Shown piece after piece: positions 26,371-36,835 of a stretch of 64,000 bases of DNA (position 1 is the first letter of the stretch; every line of letters starts with the position of its first letter). The stretch comes from Amoebophrya sp. A120. Lineage: Eukaryota; Protista; Dinoflagellata. Position numbers and translations under genes: made by a program. The DNA lies in the NCBI GenBank assembly GCA_905178155.1, contig CAJINV010000003.1:10175979-10239978 (forward strand), in the 5' to 3' direction. The notes beneath the pieces are model-generated. The model worked only from the letters and a program-made list of their open reading frames with translations. It did not search any database and was not told where the DNA came from.

Positions 26371-28078
26371 ATTTTTATTTTGTATAGCTGTTGATCTTGC
26401 TATTTAGCATGAAAGACATTATATACATGCCATTTCGTACTGCATAAAGATAAACATAAATACCTGCGGTACAGTTACAGCTCGACACTGATTAGAGTAG
26501 AACAGATCCCGCACGACAGATCGATCGAGTTTTTGCATGTCGCCGTGACATTGTCGTTTACTTACACGAGAAAAGAAGAAACGAAATAGCAAGGTCGTGC
26601 TCTTGCCTCTCTGCTGGCAATAAGACTTCATAGAAAAAATCGATCCGGATTTTTTTCTTGCATACACTGCACGGGCTGCCCGACAATTTGACCTTCGTCA
26701 AAAACCGCGTCCAAAACTTCTTCCTGCAACACCGGCAGGTGGTGTTGTGAGAAACGCGGCACGGTTTTTCTCTTGTTCCATGAAGATGTTCCCTCCGCTG
26801 TGTGATGGGTGCAGCAAGTAAGTATCCAATGCTGGCTCCTTTGCCTTTATATATTATTGTCTTGATCGTTAACGTTATGTTTATGGGTTGTAGTACTGCT
26901 CTGGCGTTGATTTTTATCGTTTTTTTTCCTCAGTACTATGCGCTGGGATCCCCAGTGTGTCATACTACTTGCAAGCGCCAGCGCCATCTTGGGATCCTTC
27001 CTACTTCACTTCACGTCTAGCGTTGAACATGATTCGTTTCGCTGTCTTTTTCGGAATGGTCGTTCGAATTCGCTTTTATTTGTTCTTGCCGGCCCGACGG
27101 GATAACTTTGCACCTGCTTTGGCAGAGTGGTTGGACCATCAATGTCAATAACAGCGCGAAGTGGGAGGTGTCGAGCTCTTGTGTTCTCTCATCGTCTCTT
27201 CTGGTGCTGTGCAGATGCAGTATGGATGAAGAAAAGCAGTCAGGAGAGGAACGTCGCCTGGCGAAAGTGCTTGAAGTGGTGTATCTATGTGCATGTAGCT
27301 TCCGCATGCAAATTGAATGATTATGTATTGGTTCTTTGTCAAAACCAAAAGTATAGTGACTGGTGACGACGCTTGCAAAAGAAATGGAGCAGGAGCTAAC
27401 CTATGAAATAGCAATTATATATAGTTACCTACATTACCTATACAGTGTGAACGTCGTCCCAGCAGACGGCTCGTGACGCGAAGCGGTAAGGCAATCCAAT
27501 CGCGAACTTTTCACAAAGATTGCACACCAGCAGAAGTCTGTGTGCGACGGAGCGTCTCATGGATCGTCATAATGTGCGTTTGATCAGATGCACAACTAAA
27601 ACAAGCGTAAAACTTTCATATATCTACTTGAAATTCGAAATCCGAATGAAAATGAATGAGCCAGAGATCTCTCAGTCTGAGGAGGTGTTCCTGTGTGGAA
27701 AATTAGAAAGCATTTTCCAGCTCAATTGAATTTGAAATTCAACAGGATCCCAAATGATCCATGACATCGGTAAAAATTTTTAGAGTTAGACACTGACTCG
27801 CAAAATACAATCCGAATATCTGCAGGATTTCTTTCATTTCACATGTTTTTTAAGAGAGAAGGCGCCTTAGTGTATTTACTTTTTGTTTTTTAATGTTCAC
27901 AGACAGATCAGAAGCAGGACGACCATTACTGTAGAGAAAGGAAGAAGCGCTTTTTTTGTTGTCGTTGACTTTGCAATCGTTATTTTGGTTGCATAGCAGA
28001 CTATGACTACTTGAGAATTGTTTGGTCAAATCAACCCTAAACCCTAAAACCCTTAGACTTAGAAGTTTCAGCATCATC

Positions 28079-28321
28079 ATGTTGAGTCGGAGTAATTTGA
28101 TTCAAGAGTTGGACCCTAACGAGCGGGGGAACGGCGGCGAAGTGGCGTTATTGGAACTTGATGGCGCAAAGGCAGCGTATATTCGTAAGGCGGCAGTCTT
28201 CTTTCGATCGACAGTTAAGGATGCTAGGGCTCATGTGAACAAGGAGAATCTTCTTGCGGCGGACAAGACAGCCATCAAGGCATCTAGTGCTGGGTTCAAG
28301 AAGGGATTTTTGTTGAAGTGA
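28079..28321 (+). CDS. Small hypothetical protein or terminal exon (MLSRSNLIQELD...FKKGFLLK)
   Basis: Protein-like composition in otherwise AT-rich surroundings. Confidence 0.45.
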   Translation: MLSRSNLIQELDPNERGNGGEVALLELDGAKAAYIRKAAVFFRSTVKDARAHVNKENLLAADKTAIKASSAGFKKGFLLK

Positions 28322-28538
28322 GAGCAGGTGGCATGCAGTTGCGCAAGCACTGCTCCTCACACCGGAGAAGGGAGCGGAAGGATTTGTAAAGCAATTTGAG
28401 AAATTGAAATCTGAATCTCAACCAAGTAAGTAAAAGAATAATAGACATTATTAGAAGTCCTGACGACGAGGACTACCTGTAGGAGTTGGAGTGTGTGCCA
28501 CACGACTGTCGGGAGGTAGGTAGCAGCTTTTTTGGAAA

Positions 28539-31475
28539 ATGCTTGCAAGCTGCGCATCCTCCCCTGCTGGAGCGACCTCTTGCCCTGGAGCGGGAGCCAC
28601 TGCGACCGACACAGTACTATCGTTGCGGGAGGCACGTAAACAGCGAAAGCAAGCAAAGCAGGTGGCCAAGCAACAGCCTGGAGCGGGGAAGTGCAATTTT
28701 TTCCTTTCCCACAAAGCGCGCTTCTGTAAGTTTCCACAAATGGAGGGCTCGCAATTTTGTGTCTGTCACAACTTAACCACGGCCCCAGCGGCCCCCGCGC
28801 TCGTGGTAGTGGAGCGAGCTCCCATAATTCCAGGTGACTCCTGTTCGATTGTAACAACAAGAATTGACCCGAAATTGGAAACAGTGGCAGTGCCAAATGA
28901 AAACGGGCCCCGAGCAGACCAAAGGCAGGATGATGACGATGTTCTGTGCCAGTTGGTGCCTGAAGCCTATGCAGAAAAAAAGAGAGACAGCTCTCAAGCT
29001 CGACGCGCACGGACACGAGCATGGAACTTCTCGAAAAATGGCGCATCCCGCAATCGCATTCCGTGCCCACTAGATCCCACTCACAGCATCTACGAGGACC
29101 AGTTGGAGAAGCACGTGCAAAAATGTTCTAAAAACGCTCAGGAGAATTTCGTAAAGGCCCAGCCTTGCTATCGCCAGGGATGCAACCTTCTCGGAAAATT
29201 TGAGAATGCACGCGAATGGAGAGGTGAGTTTCGGATTGACGTGAAAGCGGTACGGAACCTCTACCCCGACCGCTTGGTTCAGGAGAAGAATTTTGCAAAG
29301 ATTAAAGCCACCTCAACCTGCATGAAGATGGACGTGCTCAACGGGAACAATGGTCGTAGCCCGGCCACCTCTGAGAAGTTCTCGCAACCGGAGGACGCTG
29401 ACGTGGGAGCCGTAGCACGCGCACGCGAAGATCTACCGCTAAGTTCATCCTCGGCGCACGAAGGCGGAGAAATCGCAAGTGCGCAGTTTTCGAGGAGAGA
29501 TGCCGAGGACGATCACGCAGCGGGGGCGGAGTCGGCGGCTAAGCTTGCGGGGATGATCAAGATTCATGACATGGACCTCTCCTTCTGGCTTCCGCTTGTG
29601 CATGCAGCGTACCGGGCCGCCTGCAAAATGCTTGAGCTCTCGTGTGGCGAAGCGGATGCGCTCGCAAGGGGGTGTCATTTTCGTCGAGGCGGTTCCTTCA
29701 CCAATGTAGGCACCGCACCGAAACCGAATCCCCGAAAGAGCTTTAGTGCAGCGCTGGTTGCGAACAACAATAATAAATCAGATGAGAAGGTGGACCACGA
29801 GCAAGATGTAGGTACAGCTGCCGGCTTTGAGCTTCATCGCCAACGTGAAGCTTTAGGTGAAGCGACCCGGTACACGAACAGTAAAGATAGGCAGGAAGGC
29901 GAACAAGAACAACTAACTGCGACTTCCTTTCCGCCTGCGAAAAAACGACGAAATGCAAATGGGGCAGCCTGGTCGGACGAAATAATGAACTCGATGCCAC
30001 AACCGGCACCGGAAGGACGGGGGCCGGAGCTGCGCCTCGAAGTGGAGAAGCAGGTAGAGGTTCTGGATCGGGTGGCAGAGCGTATCGCCGTGCTAGAAAA
30101 TGCGGATGGCAAGCACAATCAGCAAAGCCGGAGCCTCGTCGAAACTTTTCTCGCAGAGGGGTTGTTAGCCGGATGCGTCACATGCGAACAAGAAACCAAC
30201 CAGGAGGTCAAAATTGGCATAGAAGACTCCTTCGGAACCCATTCACTGATCGGTCGTAGTAGCGACGAAGAGAAACAACTTTTGTCGCCACCGAAAGACG
30301 AAGTAGTCGTGGGCGCTTCCACTAATACTAGGGCTCCTCGCTGCCATGATGAAAGAGCGGGAAAACAGTTAAAATCTCGCGTCACGACAACAACCGGGGT
30401 AGGAGTGCCATTCTTCCTTGAGTATGGAAGCGGGAAAGCGGGTCTCTCGAGGTGGTTGGGGCTTGCATTCTCGGAGCTAGGCGGTGGAGCAGGCGCTGCG
30501 CAGTTTTTTGCGATTGAGCGTGAGGCTCGCCGAAACAAGGCGGAAAACAAGCTGTCGTTGCCCATCACGCGTCTGCGTCTGGACATTGCTGATTTCAATC
30601 TTCAACAGCTGGTCAGGAAGGATCACCCGCACACTATGAAGCCCAGACTGCTGAACAGCGCAGATGGTACACCAAAAAATCCTGGAAGTCATAAGCTTTT
30701 TATTGAAAACGGGCCAAATGCAAATATTAATATTGGAAAAGGGAAAGGCGAAGGCCCTGGCATCAATTTTGCAAAGATGCCCGAAAACCAGAGAACACTG
30801 CTGCAAAATGCCTGGCGCGTGTTTGACAATCGTCCTGCTTGTAGCAGTGTGGTGGTGCACGCTAAACACCTATGCGGCGGTGCAACAGACCTTGCTTTAT
30901 CCAGCCTTGAATGTCTCAGCGAAGACGTTTGCGAAGAACATCCACCGACTGTTGACAACAGCGGAAGCAGGAGCATCACCGCTAAAGTGGGCATTGCCAC
31001 GTGTTGCCACCATCGCTGTGACACAAAGACCTACGTAGCGCCCAAGTTCCTAGAGCTGCTTCTTCGCGAGGTAGCTTCGGGCTGTGTAAAGTTACGCGAC
31101 TCCCAAATCGAGGAAGAGCAGACAACACCGTCAAGGAATGAGGATTCAGACTCGTCGAGCCATAATATCCATACTACAGCTTGCGCCTCGCTTCCGTTGA
31201 TCGCTTCTACTACAGACGCAAGTGAAGGAACCCTGCTGTCACACAGGACGATCACGGTGCAGGAGTTCTTCGAGGCGTTACTTCCTCTGACTTCGTGGGC
31301 CACCTCGGATTTGAACTCGGCCCAGAAGCGGTTCGTCGGCGTGAAGGCGAAACGCATTTTGGACCTGGGGCGAGCCTGGTACTGCCACACCGTATTGGGA
31401 ATGGAGCGCGCACGTCTCCTGAATTACGTCCCTGCAACGACTTCCCCGGAGAACGCAGTGCTACTCGCAATATAG
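28539..31475 (+). CDS. TRM13: tRNA:m4X modification enzyme TRM13 (2'-O-ribose methyltransferase)
   Basis: CCCH finger CNFFLSHKARFC...FCVCH, CHHC finger RIPCPLDPTHSIYEDQLEKHVQKC, and motifs EYGSGKAGLS, RLRLDIADFNL, KHLCGGATDLAL, IATCCHHRC, KRILDLGR, SPENAVL. Confidence 0.95.
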   Translation: MLASCASSPAGATSCPGAGATATDTVLSLREARKQRKQAKQVAKQQPGAGKCNFFLSHKARFCKFPQMEGSQFCVCHNLTTAPAAPALVVVERAPIIPGDSCSIVTTRIDPKLETVAVPNENGPRADQRQDDDDVLCQLVPEAYAEKKRDSSQARRARTRAWNFSKNGASRNRIPCPLDPTHSIYEDQLEKHVQKCSKNAQENFVKAQPCYRQGCNLLGKFENAREWRGEFRIDVKAVRNLYPDRLVQEKNFAKIKATSTCMKMDVLNGNNGRSPATSEKFSQPEDADVGAVARAREDLPLSSSSAHEGGEIASAQFSRRDAEDDHAAGAESAAKLAGMIKIHDMDLSFWLPLVHAAYRAACKMLELSCGEADALARGCHFRRGGSFTNVGTAPKPNPRKSFSAALVANNNNKSDEKVDHEQDVGTAAGFELHRQREALGEATRYTNSKDRQEGEQEQLTATSFPPAKKRRNANGAAWSDEIMNSMPQPAPEGRGPELRLEVEKQVEVLDRVAERIAVLENADGKHNQQSRSLVETFLAEGLLAGCVTCEQETNQEVKIGIEDSFGTHSLIGRSSDEEKQLLSPPKDEVVVGASTNTRAPRCHDERAGKQLKSRVTTTTGVGVPFFLEYGSGKAGLSRWLGLAFSELGGGAGAAQFFAIEREARRNKAENKLSLPITRLRLDIADFNLQQLVRKDHPHTMKPRLLNSADGTPKNPGSHKLFIENGPNANINIGKGKGEGPGINFAKMPENQRTLLQNAWRVFDNRPACSSVVVHAKHLCGGATDLALSSLECLSEDVCEEHPPTVDNSGSRSITAKVGIATCCHHRCDTKTYVAPKFLELLLREVASGCVKLRDSQIEEEQTTPSRNEDSDSSSHNIHTTACASLPLIASTTDASEGTLLSHRTITVQEFFEALLPLTSWATSDLNSAQKRFVGVKAKRILDLGRAWYCHTVLGMERARLLNYVPATTSPENAVLLAI

Positions 31476-32241
31476 AAGCAGTATATCGCGGCTACAAGAT
31501 AATGGGCGACCCTCTTCTTGCTGACCTATAGCTATATTAGAATCCAGGTGGACAAGACAAACAATATTGGCTATCAACAAATCATGCAGACGAATTATAG
31601 CAAAGAATATTACGCACACGCAGGCAGTATGATACCGGTCAAGGGCCCCTAGAAGCATGGCGCCAGAATCAGATTAGCATTCTGAGCCCCGTTGTTCCCC
31701 CAAAGAGGTGAGTTTTCGACTGCAACAGGGGGCTGTTCTCAGTCATGAGATAGCTCGTATTTCGGCCATATTTCTTTCTCGTTCGTCTTCGTGGGCTTGT
31801 CTTTCGTGCTCGTTCGAGATGCCTGGCTCTCAATGCAATCCAGTGCAGACAATTAGCCCTGTTCAGGATTTCTATGCAGAACGAGGGCAGTGCTTCAAGC
31901 TCGCCCGACCATGCGTTTGTGTAAGGCCCTTGCGTGACCACTATATTGTCTTTTTTCGTGCTCTCGTCAAGGCAATCCCAATCGTCATGCTTAAGGGGTC
32001 TCTCGTTAATATGGTACTCGACGTCGATTCAAGCATATTCGTCATCGTGGTGCATTGATTACTCAATTTGATGATATCCGCTTATTAAGTTCATCTTCAT
32101 GTTCGTCATTTTGTGTCTCTTCTTTTTTTTTGCGACTCGATAAGCAAAGATCTCAGTCCGTTTTGGAATGTGATTTGTACAAATGCTCCGTGATGTCCTC
32201 TACCGAAGGCTGAAACCTCCTCTGAGATTGAGTGTGTCTAT

Positions 32242-33113
32242 ACTAGCAAAGCCAGCTTCGCCTGGAAGTAGGCATTAGAAGAAACGCAAGTGTCAGCTAA
32301 CAACATCATCTAGATAACAAACCAAAAAGAAAAAAGCGCCGGCTGCACAACAAGGCCGCGGCACACCCAATGTGGTCCATGCGGCTTCGGCGCGCCCAGA
32401 TTGGTCGCTCCCTTTCCGGCGCGCCCAGTCTGGTCGTCCCGGCTCCGGCGCGCCCAGCAGTCTGATCGCCCCGGTTGCGGCGTTCCCGATCTGGTTGCCC
32501 CGGCTTCGGCGCGCCCAATCTGACCAACCCGGCCCCGAACGGCCGGGACGATGTTTGGTTGCTTGGTCCGACGGCCGCCGGACGACTTTCGGTTGCCCGA
32601 CGGCCGTCGGACGACTTTTGGGTGTCCGACGGCTGGCGGACGACTTTGGGCTGTCCGACGGCCGTCGGATGACTTTCGGTTGTCCGACCGCCGTCGGACG
32701 ACTTTTGGGTATCCGACGGCAGTCGGGCAACTTCTGAGTCGTCGGACGACTTTTGGCCGCCCGACGGCTTTCGGATGACTTTGGGCCGTCGGACAACTGT
32801 TGCGCCGTCGGACAACTTTTGGCTGTCCGAGGGCCGTCGGACGAATTTTGGGACGACTTGAAGTCGAAAGCGAAACTCAAACTCCAAGTTGATTCTGAAA
32901 CTCGAAGTCGAAACTGAAACTCAAACTCAAACTCAATGTTGAAACTCAAGCTCAATGTTAAAACTCCAACTCAATGTTGAAACTCAAACTCAAACTCAAT
33001 GCTGAGACTCAAACTCAATGTCGAAACTCAAACTCAAACTGACACTTGCATTCTTTTATGCCAAGGTAGTTAATATCTATACCAGGATAAGATTAAGCTG
33101 AAATAGTTTTAGT
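32242..33113. mobile_element. Non-autonomous element with imperfect long inverted ends and internal tandem arrays (CCGTCGGACGACTTTT, AAACTC)
   Basis: GCAAGTGTCAG (about 32286) versus CTGACACTTGC (about 33039). Left end shared with the copy at 7459. No clean TSD. Confidence 0.6.
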
Positions 33114-33261
33114 TCAAAATCAAATCTAGATCTGCATTTATTTGATTTTTTTTTTTCGTATTTTCCAGGTCCTTCCAAAATGATACACTCCCACTCCACA
33201 TTCTTTATAGAAGAGAAGCTTCTCATTTCGCAAGGTTGTACAAGCAGAAACTTCGATCACT

Positions 33262-35544
33262 ATGGTTAGGGTTGTCGAGGAGATTCTCATTCGAGCCGAG
33301 GATGATGTTCGTTTTTCATCCCCCATGGAAGGTAGACCGATCATTGGTGGCGCCTGTGCGCAACATGATAAACGTTCGACTGCAGTGAAGATTCAAGATG
33401 GTTATGTCCTTTCGAACAGCGTGGCAAAGCACCTACTCGCGCAAGCCTTCCCCGATTGTCAGGAGAAACAGCTACAGGGGCACGTTGAGGATGCCTCGGT
33501 GGTGCGGAAAATGGGTGCTGCCGCTGGTTACGGCGAAATTCCCTTCGCCTCCGCCGCAAAGCTACTCCGCCGGCTCGAGTTGACAAAAGAAGATACGTTT
33601 TTCGATTTGGGCAGTGGGGTAGGAAAATTCTGTCTTCAGGCATTCCTGGCACAGAAGGTCGGATCTATTGTCGGCGTCGAGATGGGGCCAACGCGACATG
33701 GCGCTGCAATCGCCGGACGCCAGGCACTTGCAGAGTTGCTCTCTTCACTCGATGCGCAGCTGGATGCCGGTTTTTGTGCTGGTGGGGTACAGGTGCTCGG
33801 TGGACGACCTTCAACCAATTCCAATTTTTTGCAGCAAAAAGGTCTCGGAGCAGACCATTGTCGTCGGTCCGCTGCCATGCAGTCCCAAAAACTTTGACTT
33901 CGACGTTGCCCTGATAGACGGCAGATGGACTGTCGTAATGCCACACGCGGATCCCCAAGCTCCGTGTCGTAAAATCGCGACAAGACCAGAGGCAGGGTCG
34001 GCAAAATCATCGACTTGTTTCGCAATGGACAGCAATCACGCAGCTGAATGCGCGACAAAACCAAAAGACGTCGAGGCGGAACAGCGTACGTCCCTTTGGC
34101 AGCGGCAGAACTCATACGTGTTTCGCCGAATGAGTCGCAGGCTGCTGAGTGGCGGCGTCGACTTTCGATGTGTCGACATGCATTGTGCAAACTTGCGTGC
34201 GGCCACTGTTATCTACTGTGCCTCGGTTCTGTTTTCAGACCAGTTCCTACTCAGTCTGCTTGCGAAGCTATCGCGCGAAGCCACAAGCTTGCGGTGGTTG
34301 CTCACGCTGAGTCGTCTGCCGGAGGGACAATCGTGTGAGAGAAATACCAGCAGTACGGATGAAAGGGACGGCACGGAGAATGGCATGGTGCTGCTGTCAG
34401 CTGCGCCGCGTGTCGCGGCTCAGGCAACTGCGGGACGTCCCCAAAGTAGTAGGGCCTTCGGGCATCAATCGGCCGGTTACGACTGGACGATCCCCATCTC
34501 GAATGCGATTAATACGAGCTCCTCGGAGACTAGTTCTTATCGATCCATAGACGATTCAAAATCGCAAACCGATTTGTATTCAATTTTCCTCGGAGTCTAG
34601 CTGTTTAAGCTTCTTCGGAAGCTCGATGATAAGATGCGCCGCGTCTAGTTAGCTCGAGTCCTCGGATTCTATACTGTAACGGGCCTTCGGGCATCAGTCG
34701 GCCGGTTACGACTGGACGATCCCCATCTCGAATGCGATTAATACGAGCTCCTCGGAGACTAGTTCTTATCGATCCATAGACGATTCAAAATCGCAAACCG
34801 ATTTGTATTCAATTCTCCTCGGAGTCTAGCTGTTTAAGCTTCTTCGGCAGCTCGATGATAAGATGCGCCGCGTCTAGTTAGCTCGAGTCCTCGGATTCTA
34901 TACTGTAACGGGCCTTCGGGCATCAATCGGCCGGTTACGACTGGACGATCCCCATCTCGAAGGGTTCCGCAGCCACTCTGCAGCGTGCGCGAAGCATTGC
35001 CGCGGCGAGTAAATACGAAGTGCGGAAAAGCGAATCCATACAAAAAATAGACTGTGGAGGCCAGTCGCGCAGCAGTTGCAACAACGCGGCGCCTGCTCAA
35101 CAGTCTGAAGCCGCAAGCAGAACAACAACAACAAGCGGAGGCAACGGCTCGGCGATGCGTAAAGAAAGTGGCTTGATCGAGGACGGCGCAACAACTCCTA
35201 GTACCCCCGGCATTACGTCTAGGGAAAGCGAAGGCGCGCACGATTTTTTAGCCGGGATGCGTGCGAGACTTAACAGAGCTGTGTATTCCAAGAATAAAGG
35301 CGCTTCTTGTACTACCGCCCTACCCAGCAAACGCAGACTATACAAGAGCTCAGGTACAGCATCGGAGATGCCAAAAGCCAAGGACTTCCGGGTCCTGCCG
35401 TTTGATCCACCAGCTGCGCGAGGGACCAATGACCAATCCCGGAGTACGATGGTGCTAACCCTTGTGGAAATTTGGAACCTTCCGCAGTCATGGACCGAAT
35501 CCGGAACTGTTTTCCTTTACCGATGCCACCGAGTAGAGTCCTGA
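33262..35544 (+). CDS. DOT1-like SAM-dependent methyltransferase, about 587 aa (exons 33262-33792, 33854-34503, 34962-35544)
   Basis: GYGEI...FFDLGSGVGKF...VGVEM..TRH, ATVIYCASVLF, and C-terminal PQSWT..GTVFLY. A 61-nt GT-AG intron explains the frame change. Confidence 0.8.
34452..34961. repeat. 229-bp tandem repeat (A-B-A-B-A) interrupting the DOT1-like CDS
   Basis: 52-bp A copies at 34452, 34681 and 34910, two 177-bp B copies, three substitutions among copies. Confidence 0.95.
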
Positions 35545-36835
35545 AATCAATGCTACCGAAGGAAGTTTTATTGGGCAAGGAGGAAAGCGAACGCTTTTTT
35601 TTGCTCGTATCTATGCGTGACTAAGTTTACTACTTGCCAGACCGTACTCCGACCACACTTTTTCCGTCGTGCACCGTCGGTTCTGCTCCGCGCTATGACT
35701 TCACCGATAGAATAGAGCAACGTGTTCCATATCCATTGATTCAAAAAGAAAAAGGAAATCGCTCCTTGGCAAATTCGGTGTGCGTTTGCCTAAAGCTTCT
35801 CTTGCCTTTCGGTCGTACAAGTGCTGTACGAGATGATTTCTGTATAACAATATAAATTGCGGCTCGGTGTCGATCCTCCTTCACGTTCTTGTTCTTAAAA
35901 TACAGACGCACAGGGAGAGTCGACATGTTGTTAGATCGGTCGCTTAGTGACAGTACATATACAGCCTGCTTCTCAGTCGTTACATGAACAGCTGTTGCAT
36001 TTGATTTCTTCGTCTTTTCCTTGCAGCGTGATGCAACGAAAAAAGGAAACGAAAAACCAAAAGCACAATAAAGATTAAAGACACGCACAGGGCTTCGAGT
36101 AGTTCGGCCTTGTTGCATTCCGAATTCTGCCTGGCGAGCCGTCGCAGACCTACGCAGCGTGCGAAGGCGCGGCCTGATCATTCCGATGGTGGCAGGGCCC
36201 CTCCTGGATGACTGACAAAACAGCAAGAAGAACGCAGCAGATGTCCATGTAGCGTTTTGGCCATAGATAGGCAAGAAATACGTACATTATAAACCAAAGA
36301 CAAGTTACAAAAATAGAACGCAAAGAAGTCGGTTTGCGCAAACCACACGAAAATATCGGTACGAGCTTGTGCCTTCACTCGGTGTTGTGCTTGAACTTGA
36401 GAACTTCTTTTTTTCGGTTTCGTATTTGAGAAAAAATGTAGTACAAGCCGCCGCTCGATGTGCCCCTGATCTCTATGTGAAAAAGCGTAAGCTTTGTTGT
36501 CCATATCTTCTGTATCTACTGAGCAGTTTCCACTCCCAGTGATTTACTTAATTATTTGCTCTTCACATCCATATACGTCTTTTTCTTTACCACTTTCATC
36601 TCCTTTACCACTTTCATCTTTACTTCGTTTCGAGGCATTCACAAAAAAACTCTAGTGTGTTTATTAATCACGAGCAGTGCGAGCCGCGCCAGTTTTGCTT
36701 GTAGAGAAGTACGTTTGAACCCATTTCCATTTCGCTATAATTTCGGAAACAATGAAGACAAACGAAAGGGCTAATGCGAGCGCTCCGAAGTACTAGTTGC
36801 TATAAAATACAAACACAACGTTGCGCCGACCCGTG

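Noticed and set aside
26780-27151. Possible small spliced gene with a GTAAGT...CCTCAG intron
   Set aside because: The splice signals look real, but no frame gives a convincing protein.
28033-28053. CCCTAAA telomere-like repeats (also GGGTTTAGGG near 12558)
   Set aside because: Only 2-3 imperfect units, and the 12.5-kb one is part of a dispersed repeat.
36248-36270. Weak resemblance to the dinoflagellate spliced leader
   Set aside because: Too many mismatches and gaps to separate from chance.
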